In this document: positions 36,359-46,183 of the stretch, piece after piece | How the letters are laid out: each line of letters opens with the position of its first letter | How positions within the stretch are numbered: position 1 is the stretch's first letter | From: Oscillospiraceae bacterium | GTDB taxonomy: Bacteria > Bacillota > Clostridia > Oscillospirales > Oscillospiraceae | Length of the DNA stretch: 64,000 nucleotides | NCBI GenBank assembly: GCA_017617795.1 | Contig: JAFZVM010000075.1 | Location: 3,727 to 67,726 of the forward strand | Reading direction: 5' to 3' | Translations under genes and position numbers: made by a program | Notes under the pieces: generated by a model | What the model saw: only the letters and a program-made list of their open reading frames with translations | Databases searched by the model: none | What the model was told of the DNA's origin: nothing

Positions 36359-36724
36359 TTATTCAGTGATCAGGGCGGAGATATCCACCTTTTCCGCGTC
36401 GCTCCAAAGGCGCTCCAGATCGTAGAACTTGCGGGTATCCTCAAGGAAAATATGCACCACAACGCAGCCGAAATCCAGAAGGACCCAGCCGCCGTCCCGG
36501 TACCCCTCGTTATGAAGGGGCGGCTCTCCCAGCTCGCTGAGCACCTTCCCCGTTTCATCCGAAAGGGTCTTGATCTGGGTGGTGGAACCTGCGGTGCAGA
36601 TCACAAAGTAATTTGCCAGGATCGTGATCTTCTCCGTCTTCAGCACAGTGATATCTCTGGCCTTTTTGCTGTCCAGCGCGCGGACGATCGCTTCCATTAC
36701 CTCCTGGGGGGTGAGCATAACCAT
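36359..36724 (-). CDS. rsfS: Ribosome silencing factor RsfS
   Basis: The conserved 121-aa protein starts at MVMLTPQEV (ATG 36724). Blocks are [14 protein letters not shown] and [14 protein letters not shown]. The longer track ORF (to 37339) runs through the repeat region of the upstream gene in another frame. Confidence 0.9.
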   Translation of the reverse strand: MVMLTPQEVMEAIVRALDSKKARDITVLKTEKITILANYFVICTAGSTTQIKTLSDETGKVLSELGEPPLHNEGYRDGGWVLLDFGCVVVHIFLEDTRKFYDLERLWSDAEKVDISALITE

Positions 36725-36759
36725 ATCCTCCGTTTCTATCCTGCGCCTTTGCACAGGGT

Positions 36760-38556
36760 TCAGGCTTCTGTATCTGTGTTTTCTTCTGTTCCGCTTGAAT
36801 CTTGTCCCGCTCCCTGTTCGGGCTGCGGCTCCGGCTCGGGCTCGCTTCCCTGCTCCGGCTGCGGCTCGGGTTCGGTCCCCTGCTCGGATTCCGTCCCCGG
36901 TTCGGACTCGGTCCCCGGTTCGGGCTCGGTCCCCGGTTCGGGCTCGGTCCCCGGTTCGGGCTCGGTCCCCGGTTCGGGCTCGGTCCCCGGTTCGGACTCG
37001 GTCCCCGGTTCGGACTCGGTCCCCGGTTCGGGCTCCGGCGCCGGATCTGCCGTGGGTTCCGGCTCGGGTGCCGGGGTCGTCTCCGGCTGCGGCGCGGGGG
37101 TGTTCTGGGCGGGAGCGGGGGTGCTTTCCTGACCGCCGGAACTGGGCTGCTGGGTTGCCAGCCAGGCGTTCAGTCTTTTGACGTAGTCGTCCATGGACAG
37201 GAAGGAGCTCATGCCGCCCTTGATCTCGCCGCTGGTGGCGTAGAGATTCCCGTTGGCGTCCCGGGAGATGATATCCACATCCTCCTGGTTCAAGGGCATG
37301 TTGTACACGTTGAAATGCTCGTTCAGCATCTCCATCCATTCGTCCACAAGGATCGTGCCGTAGGAAAAGCCTTTGATGTTGTCGTTATAATTGGAGGGCA
37401 GCGTGTAAAAATGGATGTTTTCCATCCCCATGTTCAGGAACTGCTGTCCGAACCACAGGAGGTTGCCATTGGTCAGATCCGTCTTGACGTTGGACTCAAA
37501 GATCTTGATATACTCTCCCAGATTGGCGGTCAGGTTGGAGAGGCTCATGCATTTTTTCGCCACAGCTGTCAGAAAATTCTGCTGATTTTCGATCCGGGCG
37601 ATATCTCCGTAATTGGTCCCGTCGTTGTTCTGACGCCAGCGGACCACGCGCACCGCGTCGTACCCGTTGAGGTGCTGCATACCGGAATTATAGTGGATAT
37701 GCAGATCCTGGGTGGGATCGTCGTAATTCATATAATAGGGCACGTTGAAATCGATGCCCCCGATGGTGTCCACCAGCTGGACGAAGCCGTTGAGGCTCAC
37801 CTTGATATACCCGTCTATGGGTGCGCCGATGATGTCTCCGGCGGCTTCCATCACGCCTTCCACGCCCGCTCTGGCAAAGATGCCGCTGATCTTCTTCGTC
37901 TCATTTTTCTTCTCATCGGAATCCACGTTGGCGCAGGTATCACGGGGAATGCTCAGGATATTGAGCACGCCTTCGTTCGCGTCAAAACGGCAGATCATGA
38001 TGGTATCCGTATTGCCGTTGCCCTGGTCGCTGCCCAGGATGAGGATATTGTAATTGTTCTCCACCCGTTCCCGGACCTCGGGTCCCGGTTCTTCCGTGGG
38101 TTCCGGAGTCGCCTCCGGGATCCCGGATGGGGTGCTGATGGGCCGGGCGGTGGCAGGAGCCGAGGTGTTTGCCGGAGGCGACGGCTGCACGATCGCAGGC
38201 GGCTTGACCGTCGATTTGTAAATGATAACGCCTGCCGCGAGGACTGCGGCGATCACCCCGAGGGCGACCCAGCGCCGGACGCGCTTTTTATGCTGATATC
38301 GGCGGATCATCTCATCGATCTCCGCCTGTTCTTCCGGAGTGCGGACCGTTTCCTCCCCGCCTGTTTCCTCAGAGACCGTCTCCGCAGAGGCCGCCTCCGC
38401 AGGGATCTCATCCGGTTCATGGACCGGTTCCGCCTGCGGCGTTTCCTCTCCCGGCTCGGCTGCAGCAGCCTGAGAAAGCTCCTCGGGTTCGGGAATCGCT
38501 TTATCCGGTTCCCGGCCGTGGAGATGCTTTCCGCCGAATCCGCCAAATATCTTCAT
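36760..38556 (-). CDS. LCP-family (LytR-CpsA-Psr) protein with an acidic cytoplasmic N-terminus and a C-terminal PEPGTE repeat tail
   Basis: One TM helix ([17 protein letters not shown]). LCP block is [22 protein letters not shown]...LSIPRDT. The C-terminal ~110 aa are P/E/T/G-rich repeats. Confidence 0.85.
   Translation of the reverse strand: MKIFGGFGGKHLHGREPDKAIPEPEELSQAAAAEPGEETPQAEPVHEPDEIPAEAASAETVSEETGGEETVRTPEEQAEIDEMIRRYQHKKRVRRWVALGVIAAVLAAGVIIYKSTVKPPAIVQPSPPANTSAPATARPISTPSGIPEATPEPTEEPGPEVRERVENNYNILILGSDQGNGNTDTIMICRFDANEGVLNILSIPRDTCANVDSDEKKNETKKISGIFARAGVEGVMEAAGDIIGAPIDGYIKVSLNGFVQLVDTIGGIDFNVPYYMNYDDPTQDLHIHYNSGMQHLNGYDAVRVVRWRQNNDGTNYGDIARIENQQNFLTAVAKKCMSLSNLTANLGEYIKIFESNVKTDLTNGNLLWFGQQFLNMGMENIHFYTLPSNYNDNIKGFSYGTILVDEWMEMLNEHFNVYNMPLNQEDVDIISRDANGNLYATSGEIKGGMSSFLSMDDYVKRLNAWLATQQPSSGGQESTPAPAQNTPAPQPETTPAPEPEPTADPAPEPEPGTESEPGTESEPGTEPEPGTEPEPGTEPEPGTEPEPGTESEPGTESEQGTEPEPQPEQGSEPEPEPQPEQGAGQDSSGTEENTDTEA
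36892..37035 (-). repeat. Eight tandem 18-bp repeats (ggtccccggttcggRctc) encoding (S/P)EPGTE hexapeptides
   Basis: Read directly: eight head-to-tail units that differ only at one a/g position, all inside the LCP gene 3' end. Confidence 0.9.
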
Positions 38557-38562
38557 GTTTCT

Positions 38563-39780
38563 TTACCGTTCCTTTTTCAGGTCGTTGAGGGCCTCCAGAG
38601 AAGCCGGATGAGGAGACTTCTTCCGCTCTGTCATATGGTCCAGGCTGTTTTTCATGGCCAGACGCAGAGCTCCATCCAGATCTTCGTAGGCCAGCCTGCG
38701 GACTTTTTTCACCCCCGGCATGGTCCGGGTGGGCTCGATATAGTCCGCGAGCCAGATGATCTTTTCCAGCAGGGTCATATCCCGTTTTCCGGTGGTGTGC
38801 CACATGATGGCGTCCCGGACGGCGGAGGACACCCCGAAAAGGCCCCAGGCAGCCGCCGCGCCGGAAAAGGCGTGGAGCACCGCAGGATAACGCCGTGCGA
38901 AATCATCGGGGGACAAGCTCTCTTCATCCGCCCTTGCCGGATCCGCTTCCCCGCCGATTCCCGGGATTATACCATAAGCCGCGCACAAACGCAACTGTTC
39001 CTCTGCCGGCATCTTTTTGGTCACGTCATGGAGGATCGCGGCTCTCTCCGCTTCCACCGCATCGGCTCCCCACCGCAGAGCCAGTTTTCCGGCTTCCTCC
39101 CGGCATCCCCGCACATGAGGGATGCGTTTTTCCTCCAGCATCGGTACGGCCAGCCGCCACAGGGCGTCCGGCTCAGGCTGAACGCCGTATAGCCGATTGC
39201 GCAGGATATAGGCATAGATCTCGTCTCCCAGCAGCTCGCTGCCGCCGCCCCGCTTCAGTGCGCTGCGGACGTCTGTACTGGAAACCTCCATGGGATCCAG
39301 CCGGATCAGCTCCACCCGGGCATTCCATTTCCGGCGGAGCACCTCCGCCTTTTCTTCCAGATCGGGCATTTCCCCCGGTTTTCTGGGATAGGCGGCGATA
39401 TGCAGGTTTTCCAGCAGCCAGTCCGCCCGATACCACTGATCCAGCGTCAGGAACATATCCGTACCGCAGAGGAGCCAGAGTTCTCCCTCCGGATCCTCCT
39501 CCAGCAGCTCCCGGGCGGTGAGGACGCTGTAACTGGGGCCCTCCCGCCGGATCTCCAGATCCAGAGCCTTTGCATGGGGGATCCCGGAGGCTGCCAGCTC
39601 GGTCATTTCCAATCGCTGCTCCGCGGTCGCCGTATCCGCCGGCAAGTCCTTATGGGGCGGTTCTCCCGTGGGGATAAAGTACAGTTCATCCAGTCCCAGC
39701 TGTTCCATGGCCGCCCTGGCCGCGCGGATATGTCCCAGATGCGGAGGGTTGAAGGTCCCCCCCAGAAACCCCCGGTTCAT
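38563..39780 (-). CDS. nadD: Fusion of nicotinate-nucleotide adenylyltransferase (NadD) and HD-domain YqeK (Ap4A hydrolase family)
   Basis: The N-terminus has GGTFNPPHLGHI. The C-terminal half has HVRGC...ILHDVTK...WHTTG, an HD-domain YqeK signature. It is a single 405-aa ORF. Confidence 0.85.
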   Translation of the reverse strand: MNRGFLGGTFNPPHLGHIRAARAAMEQLGLDELYFIPTGEPPHKDLPADTATAEQRLEMTELAASGIPHAKALDLEIRREGPSYSVLTARELLEEDPEGELWLLCGTDMFLTLDQWYRADWLLENLHIAAYPRKPGEMPDLEEKAEVLRRKWNARVELIRLDPMEVSSTDVRSALKRGGGSELLGDEIYAYILRNRLYGVQPEPDALWRLAVPMLEEKRIPHVRGCREEAGKLALRWGADAVEAERAAILHDVTKKMPAEEQLRLCAAYGIIPGIGGEADPARADEESLSPDDFARRYPAVLHAFSGAAAAWGLFGVSSAVRDAIMWHTTGKRDMTLLEKIIWLADYIEPTRTMPGVKKVRRLAYEDLDGALRLAMKNSLDHMTERKKSPHPASLEALNDLKKER

Positions 39781-40070
39781 GCCTTCGGGAGAACGTACTT
39801 CGGCTCCCTGGGATCGGGCCGATACAGGACGAACCGGCTGCCTAAGGTCTGGATCCCCTCCGCGCCGGTCGCCTCAGCCAGCTGCTCGCAGGCCTCGCGG
39901 GCGGTAAGGAGCGAAGCCTCCAGCACCCGCCCTTTGATCAGTTCTCTTGCGGTCAGCGCTTCTTCCGTCTGCCGGATCACCGCCTCGGTGATCCCGCCCT
40001 TGCCCACATACAGGATGGTATCCAATCCATTTGCCTGGGCTCGCAGATATGCTCTCTGTTTTCCCGTCAT
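39777..40070 (-). CDS. yhbY: YhbY/CRS1-family ribosome assembly RNA-binding protein
   Basis: The conserved 97-aa protein starts at MTGKQRAYLRAQAN (ATG 40070, ATGA overlap with the rdgB stop). The GKGG motif is in context YVGKGGIT. Confidence 0.85.
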   Translation of the reverse strand: MTGKQRAYLRAQANGLDTILYVGKGGITEAVIRQTEEALTARELIKGRVLEASLLTAREACEQLAEATGAEGIQTLGSRFVLYRPDPREPKYVLPKA

Positions 40071-40666
40071 TCCGCAAAACACTCCGTCAGTTTTCTCTGC
40101 ATCTCCGCCAGGGCGATGGCCCGATGGGAGATGCGGTTCTTCTCTTCCATGTCGATCTCTGCCATATGGCGGCCGTCCGGAAGGCGGAAGATCGGATCGT
40201 AGCCAAATCCGCCATCCCCTCTGGGACCTTCGGCGATCTCTCCGTGGCACTCTCCCCGGGCGGTAAGGATACGTCCGTCCGGAAACACCGCCGCTATTAC
40301 TGAGACGTATTTCGCGGCGCGTTGTTCCATTCCCTCCATATTCTGCAGCAGCAGCTTCCAGCGATATTCGTCGCTCAGCTCATGACTGCCGCCGTACCGG
40401 GCGGAGAATACCCCCGGCGCACCGTCCAGCGCGTCCACCATCAGCCCGGAATCGTCGGCGATGGCAGGCAGGCCGCTGGCTTCGCACACCGCTCTTGCTT
40501 TAATGATCGCGTTTTCTTCAAAGGTCAGGCCCGTCTCCTCCGGATCCAGATCCACGCCGGCCTGCGCCTGGGACAGGACCCGGATCCCCCGGGATCCCAG
40601 GATCGTCTGCATCTCCGCCAGCTTTTTCTTGTTCTTGCTGGCCAGCACAAATGTCAGCGGCTTCAT
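40067..40666 (-). CDS. rdgB: Non-canonical purine NTP pyrophosphatase (RdgB/HAM1 family)
   Basis: Starts at MKPLTFVLASKNKKKLAE (ATG 40666, ATGA overlap with the ftsY stop). Motifs DDSGL, FGYDPIF and SHR are present. Confidence 0.9.
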   Translation of the reverse strand: MKPLTFVLASKNKKKLAEMQTILGSRGIRVLSQAQAGVDLDPEETGLTFEENAIIKARAVCEASGLPAIADDSGLMVDALDGAPGVFSARYGGSHELSDEYRWKLLLQNMEGMEQRAAKYVSVIAAVFPDGRILTARGECHGEIAEGPRGDGGFGYDPIFRLPDGRHMAEIDMEEKNRISHRAIALAEMQRKLTECFAE

Positions 40667-41562
40667 GAGAGCAGCGCCTCCACAAAGGCGTCGGGATCGA
40701 ATTCCAGCAGGTCGTCCGCCTGTTCGCCCACGCCGATGAATTTCACGGGGATACCCAGCTCCCGGTTCACCGCAAAGGCGATGCCGCCCTTGGCCGTACC
40801 GTCCAGCTTGGTCAGCACCAGTCCGGTAACTCCGGCGGATTGGCTGAATTGTCTGGCCTGGATCAATCCGTTCTGCCCCGTGCCGGCGTCCAGGACCAGC
40901 AGGTTCTCCCGGCTGCAGCCGGGCAGTTCCCGATCGATGATCCGGCTGATCTTGCTCAGCTCGTTCATCAGATTGGCTTTGTTGTGCAGCCGTCCCGCCG
41001 TATCGCAGATGAGCACGTCCGTGCCTCTGGCCTTGGCCGCGGCGATCCCGTCGAACACCACGGCTCCGGGATCGGAGCCTTCCTCGTGGCGCACAAGCTC
41101 CGCCCCGGCCCGCTGAGCCCAGATGCCCAGCTGCTCCGCCGCAGCGGCGCGGAAGGTATCTCCTGCGCACAGGAGGACCTTTTTCCCTTCTCCCGTGAAC
41201 CGGGCGGCCAGCTTTCCGATGGTGGTGGTCTTTCCCACCCCGTTCACCCCGATCACCAGGATCACGGAGGGGGTGGTCTCCAGACGGAGCCGGGTATCCC
41301 CTGCCTCCGCAAGGGCGGCGGTCAGGCTTTCCTTCAGAGCGGCGCGGATCTCGTCTCCGCCGTGCAGCCCCTCATGCTTCGCCCGCTCCCGCAGCTCGTC
41401 CACGGTGGATACGGCCAGCTCCGCTCCCATGTCCGCCAGGATCAGGGATTCTTCCAATTCGTCGAAAAACTCGTCATTCGCTCCGGTAAAGCTGTCCAGA
41501 AGGCCGGTAAAGCTCTTTCTGGTCTTGCTCAGACCTGTGCGGATCTTCTCAAACAACCCCAT
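40663..41562 (-). CDS. ftsY: Signal recognition particle receptor FtsY (NG domain only)
   Basis: Motifs GVNGVGKTTTIGKLA, DTAGR and TKLDGTAKGG. Confidence 0.95.
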   Translation of the reverse strand: MGLFEKIRTGLSKTRKSFTGLLDSFTGANDEFFDELEESLILADMGAELAVSTVDELRERAKHEGLHGGDEIRAALKESLTAALAEAGDTRLRLETTPSVILVIGVNGVGKTTTIGKLAARFTGEGKKVLLCAGDTFRAAAAEQLGIWAQRAGAELVRHEEGSDPGAVVFDGIAAAKARGTDVLICDTAGRLHNKANLMNELSKISRIIDRELPGCSRENLLVLDAGTGQNGLIQARQFSQSAGVTGLVLTKLDGTAKGGIAFAVNRELGIPVKFIGVGEQADDLLEFDPDAFVEALLS

Positions 41563-41565
41563 GGT

Positions 41566-44500
41566 CTATGCCTCCGTATTCCTGACCGCTTCCTTCAGGT
41601 CCACCCGAAGGACCTGGGAAATGCCCTTCTGCATCGTAACGCCGTAAAGCATATCCGCTTCCTCCATGCTTCCCCGCCGGTGTGTGATGACCAGGAACTG
41701 TGTGTTTCCCGACATGCTGCGGGTATACCGGGCAAAGCGGCCGACATTGGTTTCATCCAGCGCGGATTCGATCTCATCCAGCACGCAGAAAGGCGCAGGC
41801 CTCACCTTCAGCATGGCGAAATACAGAGCGATCGCCACGAAAGCCCGCTCCCCGCCGGAGAGAAGGGTCAGCGTCCGCAGGGATTTTCCCGGCGGCTGGA
41901 CCCGGATCTCGATCCCGCAGTTCAGGATATCTGCCGGATCCTCCAGCACAAGTTCCCCCCGTCCTCCTCCGAACAGCTCTTTGAAGGTCTGACTGAAGCT
42001 CTCCGCCACCGCCTTGAATTCATCGGCAAAGATCCGCTTCATTTCCTCCGTAACGGTGCGGAGGACCTCCTCCAATTCCCGTTTGGCCTTTTCCAGATCG
42101 TTCTTCTGGGTATCCAGATAGGTATATCGCTCGTTTACCCGATCAAAATCATCGATGGCCGCCAGGTTGGGAGAACCCAGCGCGGTCATTTCCCTCCGCA
42201 GCTGTCCGGCGCGCTTCTGTGCTCTGGCGCTGCTGTCCAGCTTCATGCGCTGGCTCTGCGCCGCGGATCGGCTCAATCCGTAGCCATCCCACAGCTTATC
42301 CAGCAGCTGCCGCTCCTCCATATCCGCCGCGGCTTTTCGCTGCCCCATTTCCGCGCAGCTTCGTTCCAGCTCGTTGATGCTCCGGTTGCGTTCCTGCGCT
42401 TCCCTGTCCGCCTTGCCCCGGTTCGCCTCGCACCGCTGCCGTTCCTGCATGGCGTTCTCAAGGGCAGGCCTGCGGCCGTCCGCTTCGGCCTTCCGCTGTT
42501 CGGCTTCCGCACGGTAATCGGCGCTCTTCTTCTGCAGTTCTTCGTTCTTCTGCTCATAGGTCCTGCGGCTGTCATCCCGATCCGTACTCTCCGCAGAATA
42601 CCCCTGCAAAAGCCCTTTCCATTCTTCTATGCCCTTTTCCAGGGCATCCTTTTCCGTATCCAGCGCCGCTTCCCGTTCCCGGAGCTTTCCCGCTGCTTCG
42701 CCCAATTCCCTGAGCTGATTCTCAATGCCCGCCCGGTCCTGGCTCTGGGACTCCGCCAGCTGCCGCAGCCGGTCGGCCTCCCTACGGTGCTCCTTCTGCC
42801 GTCGTCCGGCCTCCTCCGCCGCTTTTTCCAGGCGGGCGGATTCCTCTTTCCCGCGGCTCATGCCGTTTTCGGCCGACTGCAGGCTGGCCTCCACCGCTTC
42901 CGTCAGAAGCTGCCGCTGCTTCTGTTCCGCCTCCAGCTTCAAAACCTGGTCCTGGATCTCCCGCAGACGGATCCCGGCCGTCTCCGCGGCGTATTCCACG
43001 TTTGCCAGTTCCTTTTCGGCCGAATGGAGGGCGGAATCCGCCTCTTTGGCCTCGGCGGCGATCTCCTTCAGCCGTACCCGAAGGCGCTGCAGTTCATTTG
43101 CCCGGGAGAGGATGCCCACGTTCCTGGCGGCGCTGCCGCCGGTCATGGAGCCGCCCGCGTTCACCAGCTGCCCGTCCAGGGTGACGATGCGGAAGCGGGC
43201 GCTGTACCGGCGGGAAATGGCGATGGCTGCGTCCAGGTCCTCCGCCACAACGGTCCTGCCCAGGAGATTCCGCAGGATCTCCCCATAGCGCTCGTCGCAT
43301 TCCGCAAGCTGGGAGGCGATCCCCTCAAACCCGGGGATCCGGTCCAGCTCCCGCTCCCGCAGTTCCGTGCCCCGGATGGCGGTGAGAGGCAGAAAAGTGG
43401 CGCGCCCCGCATCCTGCCGCTTCAGCAGGGAGATGGCGGCCTTGCCGTCCTCCTCCCGGTCGACCACGATGCTTTGCAGAGAGTTTCCCAAAGCGGTTTC
43501 CAGGGCTACGGTATACCGGTCCTCCGTATGGATCAGCCCGGCGACCGTACTGTGGATCCCCCGCAAGGTCCCGCGGCCCTTCTCCCGCATAACGACCCGC
43601 ACCGCCCGGGAAAAACCTTCGTATTCCTTCTCCATATCCGTCAGCAGGCTGACTCTGGAACGGGTCGATTCTTCATCCATGCGCAGCTTCCGGAGCCGTT
43701 CCTCCTGTGTCCGGAGCCGCTCCCGGCGGGTATCCGCCAGCATGCGATGTCCTTTGCACTGGTTCTCCGCTTCCACCGCGGCCTGGCGCGTTTCCTGCAG
43801 CTGTTCTTCCGTCCGCTTCAAAGCGGTGCGCTCTTCTTCCAGGCGGAGCTGCAGGCGATCCCGTTCCTCCTGTGTCTCCCGCAGGTTCTCCGTTTGGGCT
43901 GCGGCAGAGGCTTCTATGGTTTCCAGCCGCGCCGCTTCTGCGGCTGCGGCGTTTTCTTCCTCCGCCGCTTTGGCGGTCAGCGCTTCCAGATCCTTTTCGG
44001 AACGTTCCGCCTCCCGGCTGGTCTCGCTGCTGCTCCGGAAGAGCCGCTGCTTTTCCTGCTCCAATGCGGCTTTTTCCTCCGCCAGCGCATTCAATCGTTC
44101 CCGACGCTCCGCCAAACGGGCGGTCAGATCCGTGATCCGTTCCTGCTGCCGGGCGTTTTCCTCGTCCAGGCGCCGGATGGCCGCCTGGTTGCTCCGTTCC
44201 TCCGCATCCAGCAGATCGGCCTCATGGCTGAGTTCAGAGGCCTGATTCTCCAGCTGTCCGATCTCCGTCCGAAGCTGCTCCGCTTTTTCATCCGCCGCCC
44301 GGATCCCCTCGCTGCAATCCTCCGAGGTACGGTAGAGCTTTTCCAGCTCTTCCTTCTGCGTCCGCAGACGCTCTTCGGCGGTTTCGTACTCCTGGGTCAG
44401 GACCCGGGTCTGATCCGCCAGACGATCCAGCGCATCCATCCACAGGGAGATCTCCAGCCCCCGCAGTTCATCCCGCAGGAGCAGATATTTCTTCGCTGTT

Positions 44501-45129
44501 TCCGCCTGCTTCCGCAAGGGCTCCAGCTGCAGATTCAATTCCCCCAGCTTGTCCCCCAGGCGCAGCATATCCTGCTCCGTCCGCTCCAGCTTTCGGAGGG
44601 TTTCCTCCCGCTGATACCGGTATTTGGAGATGCCGGCGGCTTCCTCGAAGATCTCCCGCCGGTCTGTGCTTTTGGCCGCCAGGACCTCATCGACCCTTCC
44701 CTGGCCCACCAGGGAATACCCGTCCCGCCCCAGGCCGGTATCCATGAGAAGGGCGTTCACATCCTTCAGACGTACCAGCTTGCGGTTGATATAATACTCG
44801 CTGTCCCCACTGCGATAATACCGGCGGGTGATCATCACTTCATCCGCATCCCAGGCGAGGCTGCGATCCTCATTGCCCAGGACCAGGGAGACCTGAGCAA
44901 AACCGGCCGGTCCCCGCTGCGCGGTACCGCCGAAGATCACGTCCTCCATTTTGGCTCCGCGGAGGGTCTTTGTCCGCTGTTCCCCCAGCACCCAGGTGAT
45001 CGCGTCTGCGATATTCGATTTTCCGCTGCCGTTCGGTCCCACGATGGCGCAGTACCGCTCTTCAAAGGTCAGGCGCAGCTTATCCGGAAAGGACTTGAAG
45101 CCCTGTATCTCTAATGCCCGCAGATCCAA
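41566..45129 (-). CDS. smc: Chromosome segregation protein SMC
   Basis: Walker A GPNGSGKSN, long coiled coils, a hinge, the LSGGE signature and Walker B LDEIESALD. The start is proposed at TTG 45129 (LDLRALEIQGFKSF), with GGAGAG 7 nt upstream. The track ATG at 45201 would add 24 non-conserved residues. Confidence 0.9.
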   Translation of the reverse strand: MDLRALEIQGFKSFPDKLRLTFEERYCAIVGPNGSGKSNIADAITWVLGEQRTKTLRGAKMEDVIFGGTAQRGPAGFAQVSLVLGNEDRSLAWDADEVMITRRYYRSGDSEYYINRKLVRLKDVNALLMDTGLGRDGYSLVGQGRVDEVLAAKSTDRREIFEEAAGISKYRYQREETLRKLERTEQDMLRLGDKLGELNLQLEPLRKQAETAKKYLLLRDELRGLEISLWMDALDRLADQTRVLTQEYETAEERLRTQKEELEKLYRTSEDCSEGIRAADEKAEQLRTEIGQLENQASELSHEADLLDAEERSNQAAIRRLDEENARQQERITDLTARLAERRERLNALAEEKAALEQEKQRLFRSSSETSREAERSEKDLEALTAKAAEEENAAAAEAARLETIEASAAAQTENLRETQEERDRLQLRLEEERTALKRTEEQLQETRQAAVEAENQCKGHRMLADTRRERLRTQEERLRKLRMDEESTRSRVSLLTDMEKEYEGFSRAVRVVMREKGRGTLRGIHSTVAGLIHTEDRYTVALETALGNSLQSIVVDREEDGKAAISLLKRQDAGRATFLPLTAIRGTELRERELDRIPGFEGIASQLAECDERYGEILRNLLGRTVVAEDLDAAIAISRRYSARFRIVTLDGQLVNAGGSMTGGSAARNVGILSRANELQRLRVRLKEIAAEAKEADSALHSAEKELANVEYAAETAGIRLREIQDQVLKLEAEQKQRQLLTEAVEASLQSAENGMSRGKEESARLEKAAEEAGRRQKEHRREADRLRQLAESQSQDRAGIENQLRELGEAAGKLREREAALDTEKDALEKGIEEWKGLLQGYSAESTDRDDSRRTYEQKNEELQKKSADYRAEAEQRKAEADGRRPALENAMQERQRCEANRGKADREAQERNRSINELERSCAEMGQRKAAADMEERQLLDKLWDGYGLSRSAAQSQRMKLDSSARAQKRAGQLRREMTALGSPNLAAIDDFDRVNERYTYLDTQKNDLEKAKRELEEVLRTVTEEMKRIFADEFKAVAESFSQTFKELFGGGRGELVLEDPADILNCGIEIRVQPPGKSLRTLTLLSGGERAFVAIALYFAMLKVRPAPFCVLDEIESALDETNVGRFARYTRSMSGNTQFLVITHRRGSMEEADMLYGVTMQKGISQVLRVDLKEAVRNTEA

Positions 45130-45175
45130 TCTTTCACTCTCCAAATGGCAATAATATGGTCCATGAAATATGATT

Positions 45176-46183
45176 TTACACTGTTTTCCCTTTGATTGCA
45201 ATAGTTCCGGCGGGCAAATCCCCGGCTTCCGCCCGCACCTGCCGCAGCCGGAACCGGTCCCGAAGCCAGAGCAGATTTTCCTTTCCCCTGCCGGTCATTT
45301 TGGAAAGGCTTCCCGGATCCACCAGGAGCGTCAGGACCTCCGGCAGGGATCCCTGCCTCTCCAGCAGGCGTTCAGCCTCATCCCTGTACAGGCGGGAGTA
45401 GACCAGCTCCCCCAGCGCGGGATGATACGGGCCGGCCAAAAGCTTCTCCTCCAGTTCCCGGGATGGGTGCAGCCCCAGGCGCAGGATGGGGATCCCTCTT
45501 TTCCGGAAGAGCCGGACGATCGGCGCGCAGGTCTCTACCGCTTCTTCCGTCGTCCGGGCCCGGTATTCGCCCCGCTCCAGCATTGTCGCGAGTGCTGTGC
45601 CCCGCAGGACCAGGGTGGGATAGATCCTCACCCCGTCCGGCCCGAGATCAGCCAGCCGCTGAGCGGTATGCAGGTCCTCCTCCGGGTCCGACCCCGGAAG
45701 GCCGGTCATCATCTGCAGAACGATCCGGAACCCCCGCTCCCGCAGCAGTCTGCACGCCCGAACCGTATCCTCCGCCCGATGGCCGCGTCCGGAAGCGGTC
45801 AATACCCGGTCCGACATGGATTGGGCTCCCAGTTCCACCGTTTCCACCCCGTATGCCGAAAGCCGGTCGAGGGTATTCCCGTCGATGCAGTCAGGGCGGG
45901 TGGAGACGCGGATGGAGGCCAGAAAGCCCGTGCTGCGGAAGGGCTGCGCCGCTTCCAGCAGCGCAGTCTGCACCTCCGGTGATATGGCCGTGAAGCTGCC
46001 TCCGTAAAACGCCAGCTCCGCCCAGGCCGAAACAGCCTGCGCGGAGCGCAACGCTTCCTGTACTGTCTCCGGGCGGGCGGCTTCTGTCTGCCCGGAAATG
46101 GTTCGCTGATCACAGAATACGCACCGGTGGGGGCAGCCCATGTGCGGCACGAATATCGGGACGATCCTGCGCCGCGGCGTCAC
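45176..46183 (-). CDS. Radical SAM protein (ELP3-like N-terminal core), function unknown
   Basis: VPIFVPHMGCPHRCVFCDQ contains the CxxxCxxC motif. Its start overlaps the rnc stop by 4 nt. It sits between rnc and smc. Confidence 0.8.
   Translation of the reverse strand: MTPRRRIVPIFVPHMGCPHRCVFCDQRTISGQTEAARPETVQEALRSAQAVSAWAELAFYGGSFTAISPEVQTALLEAAQPFRSTGFLASIRVSTRPDCIDGNTLDRLSAYGVETVELGAQSMSDRVLTASGRGHRAEDTVRACRLLRERGFRIVLQMMTGLPGSDPEEDLHTAQRLADLGPDGVRIYPTLVLRGTALATMLERGEYRARTTEEAVETCAPIVRLFRKRGIPILRLGLHPSRELEEKLLAGPYHPALGELVYSRLYRDEAERLLERQGSLPEVLTLLVDPGSLSKMTGRGKENLLWLRDRFRLRQVRAEAGDLPAGTIAIKGKTV

Noticed and set aside
36892-37035. Regular 18-bp repeats that might look CRISPR-like or like a minisatellite regulatory array.
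   Set aside because: The units are contiguous with no spacers, are only 18 bp long, and lie in frame within the LCP coding sequence, where they encode a hexapeptide repeat. No cas genes are present.
36359-37339. 326-aa version of the rsfS ORF with an Arg/Gly/Thr/Asp-repeat N-terminus, and the 796-aa plus-strand ORF 36802..39192.
   Set aside because: The extension is the 18-bp repeat array of the LCP gene read in another frame. Conserved RsfS begins at the internal ATG 36724.
40067-41170. 367-aa extension of the rdgB frame into ftsY.
   Set aside because: Conserved RdgB starts at MKPLTFVLASKNKKK (40666), with an ATGA overlap to the ftsY stop. The upstream part is Arg/Gly-rich and overlaps ftsY.
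40840-45114. 1424-aa ORF on the plus strand, the longest ORF in the window, lying antisense to ftsY and smc.
   Set aside because: It is exactly antisense to two genes with unmistakable motifs. Its composition (L, R, P, G, Q, F-rich) is what the complement of GAG/CTG/CGC/GCC-rich coiled-coil codons yields. It has no RBS and no recognisable motif. Such shadow ORFs are expected at this GC content.
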